From a virus (taxonomy: Duplodnaviria; Caudoviricetes): DNA of 64,000 bases. Positions 46,988 to 55,542 of this stretch are shown here, one piece after another; position 1 is the first letter of the stretch, and every line of letters begins with the position of its first letter. The stretch is taken from IMG/VR virus record IMGVR_UViG_3300033073_000736, positions 19,484-83,483 of that record; one strand, written 5' to 3'. Both the position numbers and the translations under genes were made by a program. The notes under the pieces are model-generated. The model did no database searches. It had not been told where the DNA came from and saw only the letters and a list, made by a program, of their open reading frames with translations.

Positions 46988-47372
46988 ATTGCCACCCTTC
47001 AACTGTATACCCGAGATGTTCCATCACTTTGTTCAGCATCTGCCAATCGTGATATGTGCTTTCGGCACTCTCCATTGTCCACATAAAACTATATCTGGAA
47101 TTCATATGAACCAGATGCTTCTGTTTCCAGTCCCAAACACAATCAGGAGAAGCAGTGATTGTTTCAATCATACAATTGTTGTGTCTAATGTGCAACTTGA
47201 ACAACAGAGAACGAATAGTATCAACAACTGTTCCATCCCAATCAAGATAACAATCTTCTAAGTTGAGTAGATTGCTGTCATCACGAATGATGTTTATTGT
47301 TCTAGTTTTATTATTCTCTCCAATTGTAAACACAATCTTGTCGTAGCCGACAATGTAGAAAATTGATTTCAT
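46968..47372 (-). CDS. hypothetical protein
   Basis: GGAG RBS, downstream of promoter 47409-47437. Confidence 0.55.
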   Translation of the reverse strand: MKSIFYIVGYDKIVFTIGENNKTRTINIIRDDSNLLNLEDCYLDWDGTVVDTIRSLLFKLHIRHNNCMIETITASPDCVWDWKQKHLVHMNSRYSFMWTMESAESTYHDWQMLNKVMEHLGYTVEGWQYELVDA

Positions 47373-47408
47373 TGTTGCTCCAGATAGCAAAATTGATTAC
47401 ATAAGATG

Positions 47409-47437
47409 AATGTAACACTGGTTGTTCTGGTTGTCAA
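47409..47437 (-). promoter_or_regulatory. sigma70 promoter
   Basis: TTGACA-17-TACATT. Confidence 0.7.
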
Positions 47438-47621
47438 TAGGTTTGTTACAAGAAAGGAAAGAAATAAAAGAATCACAGAGTTTAATTATTTATTAAAATA
47501 AATTATTCTTAACTAGAAGCAAAGGAATAGAGGCAAAAGCAAAGGCGGGCTTGGTTGGCAACGCCAAACAAAACGCCCTATCTAGAAGCATAACTAATTG
47601 TACACTTTAATCGCTCATCTA

Positions 47622-47649
47622 TTGACTTTGGTGCGTTATGGTGTAGAAT
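47622..47649 (+). promoter_or_regulatory. sigma70 promoter (divergent)
   Basis: TTGACT-16-TAGAAT. Confidence 0.6.
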
Positions 47650-47737
47650 ACAACTATAGAGGCAATTCATCAATTCACACTTTTCACCCCTTGTAATATT
47701 AGGCGAAAAAAGTGCGGAATAGAAAAAGGAGTGTGAA

Positions 47738-48370
47738 ATGGCAAGAAAAAGCAATGTAGATCAACAAGATGTGCTGAAAGCTGAACATCTTCGTCGGTGT
47801 GGTAAGACATACAAAGAGATTGCTACTCTGATGGATGGTGTGGTAAGCCTCGACTGGTGTAAGCGTATGCTAAAACACGTAAAGGAAGATAGTCCCGAAA
47901 GCAGGTCTAAGGAAACAATCTACAAACTTGCTGCACGCCCAGAAGGGGTTACATATACCGAATGTTGTGAAGTTTTGGTTGACAATGGTGTGTGTGCTGT
48001 TGTAGAACATGAGGAAAACGGAGAGGATACATTGTACACTACATACAAACGAATCAAAGAGAGTTTGAAGAACAAGTACAAGGATGAGGTTGTGTTTCGT
48101 CCAATGTGGATGCGGCCTGATGACAGTTTTGGTAGCATTCGTTCTCTCAACTCGTTGGCGGATGCACTACATCAACGCTTTGAAGAAGCTGTTGACAACT
48201 ATATGGAAGACGTGTTTCCAGATGAATACAACAATTCTGGTATTCGTAAGAGCTTGGCACATGAGTTGGCGATGATTGCAATTCCGTTCAAATCTACAGA
48301 AGGGGTATTGAATCGTTGTGAGAGAAATGCTAAGATGGCTGAACTTTTAGATGAACGAGTGAGGAAGTGA
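47738..48370 (+). CDS. HTH-containing hypothetical protein
   Basis: LRRCGKTYKEIATLM..VSLDWCKR. Confidence 0.65.
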   Translation: MARKSNVDQQDVLKAEHLRRCGKTYKEIATLMDGVVSLDWCKRMLKHVKEDSPESRSKETIYKLAARPEGVTYTECCEVLVDNGVCAVVEHEENGEDTLYTTYKRIKESLKNKYKDEVVFRPMWMRPDDSFGSIRSLNSLADALHQRFEEAVDNYMEDVFPDEYNNSGIRKSLAHELAMIAIPFKSTEGVLNRCERNAKMAELLDERVRK

Positions 48371-49258
48371 ATGAATACGAAAAAACAGTTTAAACGTGAT
48401 ACAACACAAAACAGTAACAAACTGCACTTAGACCAATACTACACACCAGATGATGTAGCACAACACTGTATTGATACAGCGTTTGGTGTTATCGGTAAAG
48501 ATAGCATCTCTTGTGTTATAGAACCTAGTGCTGGTACAGGTGTTTTTAGTAGCAAGATAAAGAATTGTATTGCTTATGACATAGAACCTAAAGCTGATGG
48601 TATTGTACAAGCAGACTTCTTATCTTTAGATATTCCATATACACAAGGTACTTTGGTAATAGGTAATCCTCCTTTTGGTAGCAGAGGAAATCTAATGCAG
48701 AAGTTTTGTAAGCATAGTTTTACATTTGCTGATCATGTTGCATTTATATTACCTGTTAATCAACTCAATAACACAACAAGTATCTATGAGTTTGATTTAA
48801 TTCATTCAGAGGATATTGGTGTTAAAGATTATAGTGGTAGAAAAGTGCATTGTTGTTTTAACATATACAAGAGACCTGAAAACGGATTAAACAGCAAACC
48901 AAATTACAAAACAGATGTAATAGAGGTAAGAGAGGTAATAAAAAACCAAAATCCCAAGCGTAACAAAGAGCTTGGTGATTTTCAATACGATATTGCTATT
49001 TGCGCTTGGGGTGCTGCTATTGGCAAAGAATGTAGTGTTGGGCAGTATGCAAAAACATTTTACATTAAGATTAAAGATACGAAATATTTTGAATATTATA
49101 AATCTTTGATTCTTAATGCTGCTTGGTGTAACATATACAAAATGACGGGTACACCAAACCTGTTACAGTGGCAACTGTATAAGTATGTAAAAGAGAATCC
49201 ACCCCACACAAAAACCCGTAGCTTTGATGGAGTATTTAATCAAAACCTACACCAATGA
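48371..49258 (+). CDS. DNA N6-adenine methyltransferase (motif I before IV, AT-rich)
   Basis: [28 protein letters not shown]. Confidence 0.88.
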   Translation: MNTKKQFKRDTTQNSNKLHLDQYYTPDDVAQHCIDTAFGVIGKDSISCVIEPSAGTGVFSSKIKNCIAYDIEPKADGIVQADFLSLDIPYTQGTLVIGNPPFGSRGNLMQKFCKHSFTFADHVAFILPVNQLNNTTSIYEFDLIHSEDIGVKDYSGRKVHCCFNIYKRPENGLNSKPNYKTDVIEVREVIKNQNPKRNKELGDFQYDIAICAWGAAIGKECSVGQYAKTFYIKIKDTKYFEYYKSLILNAAWCNIYKMTGTPNLLQWQLYKYVKENPPHTKTRSFDGVFNQNLHQ

Positions 49259-49337
49259 ATACGAAGTTGTGTTAGACTTCGCTTTCGGAAGTGGAAGTAC
49301 GGGTGTCGCTGCTTGGACATCGTGGTGTTATGTTTGA
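49200..49337 (+). pseudogene. remnant of a beta-class N4/N6 methyltransferase C-terminus
   Basis: Alternative frame reads [38 protein letters not shown], without a start. Confidence 0.8.
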
Positions 49338-49476
49338 TCAGGACAAGTGGGCTTTGTCTGAAATGGTTCAGTTTGTTTGGCGCAGTGCTATTCGTGACGA
49401 GAAACCGATTACGTTGTATGTGCCTAGCAAACGAATGAGGGATTTATTTATTAACTGGTTGAGTGAGGAACAATGA
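49291..49476 (+). pseudogene. C-terminal remnant of a larger conserved phage protein
   Basis: D.WALSEM.QF.WRSAIRD..PI.LY.PSKRMR.L...WL is recalled as the end of much longer proteins. Confidence 0.55.
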
Positions 49477-50279
49477 AAATGTTAGACAACAATGAACGTG
49501 TGTGGCTGATGCAAGGGGATTGCTTGGAGCGGATGAAAGAGATTCCTAGTGGCAGTGTGGATTTAACAGTTACAAGCCCTCCATATGACAACCTAAGAAC
49601 ATACGCTGGTACGCTTGAATGGAATTTTGAGATATTTCAGAAAGTAGCAAATGAGTTATACCGAATCACAAAAGATGGTGGTGTGGTGGTTTGGGTAGTT
49701 GGTGATGCCACTATTAAGGGAAGTGAAACAGGCACGTCATTTAGACAAGCTTTATATTTTAAAGAGATTGGCTTTAATTTGCATGATACGATGATTTGGG
49801 AGAAATCCACTTTCAGCGCAGTGGGGGCTTTAAAAACAAGATATGCCCCTGTTTTTGAATATATGTTTATTTTAGTTAAGGGTAAATTAAAGACTTTCAA
49901 CCCAATCAAGGATAAACCTAACAAGCATTTTGGTGTTAAGCATCACGGTACTTATAGAAAAGGTGACGGGACAACAAAAGAAGTTGTTGGAAAATCCAAA
50001 GGTAAGATTGTTGCTGAGTACGGTCAAAGATATAATGTTTGGCAAGTCAATGAAGAGAAAGTTTTGAATAAATTACATCCAGCAGTATTTCCTGAACAAC
50101 TAGCTAACGACCACATAATTTCATGGTCTAATGAAAATAACTTAGTATTCGACCCATTCATGGGAAGTGGTACAACAGGGAAAATGGCTATTCTAAATAA
50201 TCGTAGATTTATTGGTATTGAAAAAGTTGAAGAGTATTTCGATATTGCTAAAGATCGTATTGAGAAAGCCTTAAATTAA
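49473..50279 (+). CDS. DNA methyltransferase, beta class (N4C/N6A)
   Basis: GDCLE.M, VTSPPY, HPA.FP, DPFMGSGTTG, FIGIE. Confidence 0.93.
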   Translation: MKMLDNNERVWLMQGDCLERMKEIPSGSVDLTVTSPPYDNLRTYAGTLEWNFEIFQKVANELYRITKDGGVVVWVVGDATIKGSETGTSFRQALYFKEIGFNLHDTMIWEKSTFSAVGALKTRYAPVFEYMFILVKGKLKTFNPIKDKPNKHFGVKHHGTYRKGDGTTKEVVGKSKGKIVAEYGQRYNVWQVNEEKVLNKLHPAVFPEQLANDHIISWSNENNLVFDPFMGSGTTGKMAILNNRRFIGIEKVEEYFDIAKDRIEKALN

Positions 50280-50356
50280 TTAATTTGTGTTGCATCTTAT
50301 GTTTATTTTAATGTAAGATGCTCAAACAAGTTAAATGATGAATTTGAAGGAGAAGT

Positions 50357-50497
50357 ATGATGTTTGATAGAGAGTTTTATGTAGACAAGAAGCAAGAGAT
50401 TGACATTGACCAGAGACTTAGACAAATTGATGAGGTTTGAGCAGGCTTAGCTCCACACAAGGTTGTTAAGGCTTATTGCGACGAGGGGATACAATGA
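50357..50497 (+). pseudogene. small ORF interrupted by in-frame TGA (50438-50440)
   Basis: AAGGAG RBS; frame continues to an ATGA overlap with the next gene. Confidence 0.55.
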
Positions 50498-50685
50498 TTA
50501 CAGGTGACTTGTTTGCAGCCATCCTCTGCTTTGCTGGCACAGGACTTGCATTGACAATGTTTGGGTTTGTTGCATATTCTAAGAAATACTTGGAGTGTGT
50601 TCCTTTAGCATTTATTGGCATTACTTGGATTTTTGTAGGGTATGAACACCTGATTAAGTGGGCGGAGGTTGTATGTCGTCAATAG
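50494..50685 (+). CDS. small two-TM membrane protein
   Basis: Hydrophobic, coupled. Confidence 0.55.
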   Translation: MITGDLFAAILCFAGTGLALTMFGFVAYSKKYLECVPLAFIGITWIFVGYEHLIKWAEVVCRQ

Positions 50686-50831
50686 AGCAAAGACTCAAGA
50701 AGAAGCGAATGAAAATCTTCGGTTGGCGAGATGTCAGGTTTGCATATTTTGAAGCACCAGAACCAAGATATGAGGAAGTTGGAATAACTGGCGATTGGTA
50801 TAATCCAAAATGGGTGGACAGAGATGAGTAG
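50673..50831 (+). CDS. small basic protein, paralogue A
   Basis: MSSIEQRLKKKRMKIFGWR; GGAGG RBS. Confidence 0.6.
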   Translation: MSSIEQRLKKKRMKIFGWRDVRFAYFEAPEPRYEEVGITGDWYNPKWVDRDE

Positions 50832-50973
50832 TATCAGACAGCGCACTAAGGCAAAACGCATGAGAATGTGGGGATTGAGACAATTCTATGTGGATGGGCG
50901 TAGTTGTGTTGACTTCATCACGTTTGTTGGTTATACGAATGACTGGCATGATACGTTTGGGTGGGAGTGGTAA
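50824..50973 (+). CDS. small basic protein, paralogue B
   Basis: MSSIRQRTKAKRMRMWGLR. Confidence 0.6.
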   Translation: MSSIRQRTKAKRMRMWGLRQFYVDGRSCVDFITFVGYTNDWHDTFGWEW

Positions 50974-51128
50974 TGAAGAACAATGAAGTAGATCGCATAG
51001 ACCGAGGCATTGAAATGATTGACAGTGTTCTCGGGATTGGTAAAATAGCGGTGCTTGAGCTTCTCGCACCAGAACTTACTGCTGAAGAATATGACCGTAT
51101 TCTTTGTTGGATGATAGAGGAACAATAA
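50973..51128 (+). CDS. hypothetical protein
   Basis: TAATG coupling. Confidence 0.5.
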   Translation: MKNNEVDRIDRGIEMIDSVLGIGKIAVLELLAPELTAEEYDRILCWMIEEQ

Positions 51129-51129
51129 A

Positions 51130-51321
51130 ATGCACTTCCTTCTAATTCCTATCTTATGGCTTTTCATCATAAGCGCCATAGGTGGTGTATACACAGCTTC
51201 TTGTTCTTACGTTGACGAAGAAGTGAGACGTAAGAAAGAATGGACAAACTATACAATCAGTGATAAAGTGACACACGATGATCTTGTTGATTGTGGGTAT
51301 ATTGGGGATGAGAACAAATGA
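51130..51321 (+). CDS. small membrane protein
   Basis: GAGG RBS, N-terminal TM. Confidence 0.5.
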   Translation: MHFLLIPILWLFIISAIGGVYTASCSYVDEEVRRKKEWTNYTISDKVTHDDLVDCGYIGDENK

Positions 51322-51539
51322 CTATCATCGATAAGTTTGATTGTGGCTGTAGGGCTACAGAAGATGATGAAGATGGGAATTATGTAGCCCTGAAGCGACA
51401 AATTGCCTACCACAATGGTTGGAAGAATGTCATTCATTATGTGACGTATTGCAACGGTTGCTACATGCAGGCTGTTGAAGCGGGTTGTGTGGCAATGACA
51501 GATGAAGAAGAAATGAACTGGATTAGAGGAAAACAGTAA
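51318..51539 (+). CDS. hypothetical protein
   Basis: Coupled ORF. Confidence 0.55.
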   Translation: MTIIDKFDCGCRATEDDEDGNYVALKRQIAYHNGWKNVIHYVTYCNGCYMQAVEAGCVAMTDEEEMNWIRGKQ

Positions 51540-52246
51540 TGCGTTATTTTGGTGGAAAGCAACGAATCAGTAAACCGTTGGCAACATTCCTGAACAGTCA
51601 ACTGAAGCCCGGACAGGCTTTCTATGATATATTCTGTGGAAGCTGCAATGTTATCAGCAAGATTGACCCTCACCGGGACAGGATTGCTAATGACTTGCAC
51701 AAAGAATTGATTGCAATGTGGCGATATGTTCAGCAGGGCGGGGAGTTGCCAGATGAAATCAGTGAAGAAGAGTACAGAGATATAAAGAACAATGCCCCGG
51801 ACTGGTTAAAGGCATTTGTTGGCTTTGGTTGCAGTTTTGCTGGCAAGTATTGGGGCGGATATGCTCGTGACAACAGAGGAGGAACAAGGAAGTATTGCAG
51901 AAATGCCAAGAACAGTACGCTGAAGAAGATGTACACAATGCAGGATGTGTTGTTTGTAACGTGTGACTACCAGCAAATGAACATTGCACATAAGAATGCA
52001 ATGATTTATTGTGACATCCCTTACAAGGATTCTGTTGGATATAGTGTTGGGGCTTTCAACCACGAAGCATTCTATACTTGGGCCAAGAAGCAGAAGTGGA
52101 AAGGACATACAGTGCTAGTTAGTGAATACAAGCACAATGTTCCTGAGGGGTGGAAAGTTGTGTGGGAATACGAAAGCAAGAAAGACATTCGTGATAAGGA
52201 TGGTGTGCAGCAACCAACTGTCGAAATTCTTATGACGCCGTGTTGA
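51539..52246 (+). CDS. Dam-family (D12) N6-adenine methyltransferase
   Basis: MRYFGGKQR, DIFCGS.NV, YCDIPY, F.HE.F..W, LVSEY. Confidence 0.88.
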   Translation: MRYFGGKQRISKPLATFLNSQLKPGQAFYDIFCGSCNVISKIDPHRDRIANDLHKELIAMWRYVQQGGELPDEISEEEYRDIKNNAPDWLKAFVGFGCSFAGKYWGGYARDNRGGTRKYCRNAKNSTLKKMYTMQDVLFVTCDYQQMNIAHKNAMIYCDIPYKDSVGYSVGAFNHEAFYTWAKKQKWKGHTVLVSEYKHNVPEGWKVVWEYESKKDIRDKDGVQQPTVEILMTPC

Positions 52247-52271
52247 CACACCCTCTGTTGTTTGATATAGT
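52243..52271 (+). promoter_or_regulatory. sigma70 promoter
   Basis: TTGACA-17-TATAGT. Confidence 0.85.
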
Positions 52272-52303
52272 GCATGAAACTTAAATAGCTTTGGAACACA
52301 AAC

Positions 52304-52684
52304 ATGAACATCTTCGTCACCAATGAATGCCCTGTGCAATCTGCTGTTGAACACAATGACACCCATTGTCGCAAAATGTTGATGGAATCTTGCGCTTTGC
52401 TGTCAACAGATTCTTGGAGTGCCAGAATGAAACTACACATTAACACACGATCAACACAAGAAGTAACTAATCCAGAAGAGATTCTGAAAGACATCCTGTC
52501 TCATTACATGCCGTTTGAGTTTTACAACGGATGGAAAATTGAAGGAGAGGTGCTGTATACAGATGTATCTGATAGGCTCGATAACTACGCAAAATGGGAA
52601 AAGAAGCGTGACCTTACCCGCAAGGAAGTGCTGATGTGGGAACTACTTCAGGAAATCAAGAATGAAACTCAAAGAGGACATTGA
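52304..52684 (+). pseudogene. chimera: pyrimidine-dimer-glycosylase-like N-terminus fused to unrelated ORF
   Basis: MNIFV...P..SA..H.D.H..KM..E...LLST then internal GGAG-ATG (MKLHIN...). Confidence 0.55.
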
Positions 52685-52687
52685 CAA

Positions 52688-52888
52688 ATGAAACCAACAG
52701 TTGACAGCATCATTGCAAAGTACAATATTCGCCCGTATAATGGCTCTTGGTATGTTCAGGAGAAGAAGTTGTGAGAGGTACTGGAGCAGGTGATTGAAGA
52801 AGCGTATAATGAGGGGGACAAAGATGGGTCTGCTGATATTGAACTTAAATACGATGTTAGTAATAAACACGAGCTTAGTTACTTTTAG
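52688..52888 (+). pseudogene. small ORF interrupted by in-frame TGA (52772-52774)
   Basis: MKPTV...QEKKL*EVLEQVIEEAYNEG...SYF*. Confidence 0.55.
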
Positions 52889-52902
52889 AGAGGAGTAAGT
52901 AA

Positions 52903-53151
52903 ATGGGTTGATATGACAGTGTAAATGTGCGGTGTCCCCATTGTGACAAATATGTAGAGTTCCAATCTAAGGCAGGTGACTGTGGTTTGGATACTTACCA
53001 TCACCGACATGTTCCGCCAGAAATTGCCAAAGATTTAAACGGAGCATGTACAGTATGTAGGTGGTGTAATAAAGGTTTGTTTATATACACTGAACGTCAA
53101 CCAGAAACTGTCCCAATGTTTGCGTCTAAAGTTGAATTAGAAACTGATTAG
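52903..53151 (+). pseudogene. Zn-ribbon ORF with in-frame TGA at codon 3 (52909-52911)
   Basis: AGGAG RBS then MG*YDSVNVRCPHC..VEFQSKAGDC. Confidence 0.6.
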
Positions 53152-53164
53152 GAGAAGGTAGTAA

Positions 53165-53560
53165 ATGAATGATGTAGAGCGCATTAAGGTGAATGCAGTT
53201 GCTGCTGTAGGAGCCGGGCGGTGGAGTTGTGCTTGGTGTGGAAGTGATTTCCGTACTGGTCATTTTGAAAATATACACATGGCTTTTGTATCTCATTTCA
53301 TTACTGCGTGTGAAGAAATCCTTCCTAAAGGGAAGCGATATAGCCAGACAAGCAAAGGAAAGAAATGGAAGTGGGGAGAGGTTACATTCTATAAAATTAG
53401 TGAACGGGATGCCTACTCATTTATCTCTAATCACGCAAAGGTTCACTTTCTTGTTGATTATGACAAACTACAGGCAATCTACGATGCTACCAAGGAAGCA
53501 CTGGCCGTATGGGATGCCAAAGTCTATAAGCACGAAGAACGAGGAGAACAAAGTAAATGA
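53165..53560 (+). CDS. hypothetical protein
   Basis: AGGAG RBS. Confidence 0.6.
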   Translation: MNDVERIKVNAVAAVGAGRWSCAWCGSDFRTGHFENIHMAFVSHFITACEEILPKGKRYSQTSKGKKWKWGEVTFYKISERDAYSFISNHAKVHFLVDYDKLQAIYDATKEALAVWDAKVYKHEERGEQSK

Positions 53561-53853
53561 GTAGCCGTGAAATTGATACGATTGTCCTTGGTGTTCCTTG
53601 TACAATCAAATATGATTATCAACCGTATGAACCTGCTGACACAGGGCCAGAGGCAATGTATCCGGGGTGTGAGGAGGAGATTGAAATCACACAAGTGATA
53701 GTTGGCGATGTAGATGTGACGGAATGGGTGACTGGCGGAGATTTGGAGGATTGGTACTATGAGGCTGTTTATGAATACCGAAAGAATCAGTATGATCAAC
53801 ACTTGGAAGACAGGGCTGAAAGAAAGTGGAATAGTCGGTTTGATGGCTATTGA
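53557..53853 (+). CDS. hypothetical protein
   Basis: Coupled ORF. Confidence 0.6.
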   Translation: MSSREIDTIVLGVPCTIKYDYQPYEPADTGPEAMYPGCEEEIEITQVIVGDVDVTEWVTGGDLEDWYYEAVYEYRKNQYDQHLEDRAERKWNSRFDGY

Positions 53854-53877
53854 CACTACCAACTAACATGATAGAAT
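53850..53877 (+). promoter_or_regulatory. sigma70 promoter (extended -10)
   Basis: TTGACA-16-TAGAAT with TGn. Confidence 0.75.
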
Positions 53878-53883
53878 TGAGAC

Positions 53884-53965
53884 ATGGAGTAGCACCACGA
53901 ACCAAGGAAACTGGCGATGGGTGTAGGGGAAAGACTGGAACAGTGTATTCTTTCCCTTTAATTAT
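53884..53965 (+). ncRNA. candidate small RNA or structured leader
   Basis: Two stems (CACC/GGTG with CCA/TGG; GGGAAAGA/TCTTTCCC) then T-rich tail; no ORF. Confidence 0.4.
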
Positions 53966-54049
53966 TTTACACAATTAATTAACAACACACTAACATGAAT
54001 TTGTCATCATAACATTGCCAATGTTAGTGAAACAACACGAGGAAACAAA

Positions 54050-54250
54050 ATGCAAGACTGGCAACAACGAGTGATTGATGAGAAGATTGAAATTGATGCT
54101 CGTCGAGAAAAACTCGGAGAATTTAAGAACACCAAGCAATTCACTATGCTTCCTTGGCAGGAACAAGAACGTATGAATACTCAAGCACATTTGATGACTA
54201 CATACAGCGCAGTTCTTGGCGAACGTATTGCTAATTTCACTATTGAATAA
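54050..54250 (+). CDS. small helical-hairpin protein (crAss001_48-like family)
   Basis: QQRVIDEK.E.D.R.EKL..F....F..L...EQ.....Q...M..YS.VL.ERI..F. Confidence 0.6.
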   Translation: MQDWQQRVIDEKIEIDARREKLGEFKNTKQFTMLPWQEQERMNTQAHLMTTYSAVLGERIANFTIE

Positions 54251-54261
54251 GGAGAAACAAA

Positions 54262-54621
54262 ATGACTAACAACACAATTACAATCGAAGCTGGCGACATT
54301 GTTGACTTCACATTCAAGATTCAACAGGCTATTCTTGATGGCTACCGATTGTCAGACCAAGGCGACATGGCACCGCAATGTATTGGCTTTGTCTATGTTA
54401 CGACAATGGAGAAAGCAGAGTATAACCCGATGCCAGTTGGTGAATTGTCCCTTGCAATTTCTGTTGACACAGAGCAGGCTCTTGCAGAAATCACTAAGAT
54501 TGCACAGGAAGCTGGCCAATACGCTATGACGCCTGAACAGCAAGATAAGACAGTGGAGGTTGTAAAAGAAAGTATTTCAGTAGAACAAAAGCAAACACGA
54601 CAGCCGCGAGGACGTAAGTAA
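54262..54621 (+). CDS. hypothetical protein
   Basis: AGGAG RBS. Confidence 0.65.
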   Translation: MTNNTITIEAGDIVDFTFKIQQAILDGYRLSDQGDMAPQCIGFVYVTTMEKAEYNPMPVGELSLAISVDTEQALAEITKIAQEAGQYAMTPEQQDKTVEVVKESISVEQKQTRQPRGRK

Positions 54622-54824
54622 TGACTCCTAAAAGCGTAACATTCCCCTTTGAAATTACTATTACCACTTTGTATGAAGAACACCAAACCAAGGAGGTTCT
54701 TGCTGCATTAGCAGAAGGTATGAAGGAAGGCGCAAATGCAATTGCTAGTCAAATGGCAGCCGCCACAGATGGGTTGTTTATGGCAAAAGGAAAGATTATT
54801 AATACGCCTGAAGACTGGCAATAA
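54621..54824 (+). CDS. hypothetical protein
   Basis: TAATG coupling. Confidence 0.55.
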   Translation: MTPKSVTFPFEITITTLYEEHQTKEVLAALAEGMKEGANAIASQMAAATDGLFMAKGKIINTPEDWQ

Positions 54825-54838
54825 TATAGGAGAACATA

Positions 54839-55063
54839 ATGGAAAACCAACACCGAAAGATTTCTGGCTATCGTGAACTGAGCCAGCAAGAAATCGATGC
54901 AATGAATAGTATTAAAGAATTGGCAAGTGCAGTCGGGATTCTTGTGGAGGAGTTGGAAGATAACTCATCACTTGATCAAAGATGGGTAGCCATTGCAAAG
55001 ACTGATTTGCAGAAAGGATTTATGGCTGCGGTTCGCGCCGTTGCACAACCAACTACTTTCTAA
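54839..55063 (+). CDS. acb2: anti-CBASS cyclic-oligonucleotide sponge
   Basis: MENQHRKI.GYRELSQ.EID.MN.IKE...RW.AI.KTDLQ.G.MA..RA.AQP..F matches the Acb2 pattern. Confidence 0.85.
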   Translation: MENQHRKISGYRELSQQEIDAMNSIKELASAVGILVEELEDNSSLDQRWVAIAKTDLQKGFMAAVRAVAQPTTF

Positions 55064-55082
55064 CACAACACAGGATACCAAT

Positions 55083-55277
55083 ATGGCTGAACCATACCTC
55101 CCGATTTATAAACGTAATGGAAATAAAGTTATTAAAGAGTGGGACGAAATATTGGACGATGGTGTTGGTCATATTGGATTAGCGTCTTATGTTCTGTTTG
55201 CGGATAAGAACGGCACAGAACATAAAATGATGAAGTGGATTAAATGGCAGGAATGCAAGCATGAAAATGATTCTTGA
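55083..55277 (+). CDS. hypothetical protein
   Basis: AGGA RBS. Confidence 0.55.
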   Translation: MAEPYLPIYKRNGNKVIKEWDEILDDGVGHIGLASYVLFADKNGTEHKMMKWIKWQECKHENDS

Positions 55278-55536
55278 TGAAGAAATTACACAAGCGTTGG
55301 TAGCTGTTGGAGAGGAGTTGCGTAATTTTCATGGATGGTGCATTGAGGCAGGCGACACAAGTATTCCGACATCGTCAACTGGTGAATTCGTCACACTCTT
55401 GAAAGACTCTCTTGCATTCCTTCTGGACGAGAATATAATCAAGCTGTTGTTGAATACTAAGGCTGAGGCGATGTTTGCTGAAGCAATTGCTTTGAAGAAG
55501 ATTGCCGATCCTGATTGGCTTGATGAGGAGAACTGA
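55261..55536 (+). CDS. hypothetical protein
   Basis: Coupled ORF. Confidence 0.55.
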   Translation: MKMILDEEITQALVAVGEELRNFHGWCIEAGDTSIPTSSTGEFVTLLKDSLAFLLDENIIKLLLNTKAEAMFAEAIALKKIADPDWLDEEN

Positions 55537-55542
55537 CGTTCT

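Noticed and set aside
52903-52950. Selenocysteine codon at MG*YD
   Set aside because: Only a weak downstream hairpin, unlike a bacterial SECIS; the other two TGA cases lack one too
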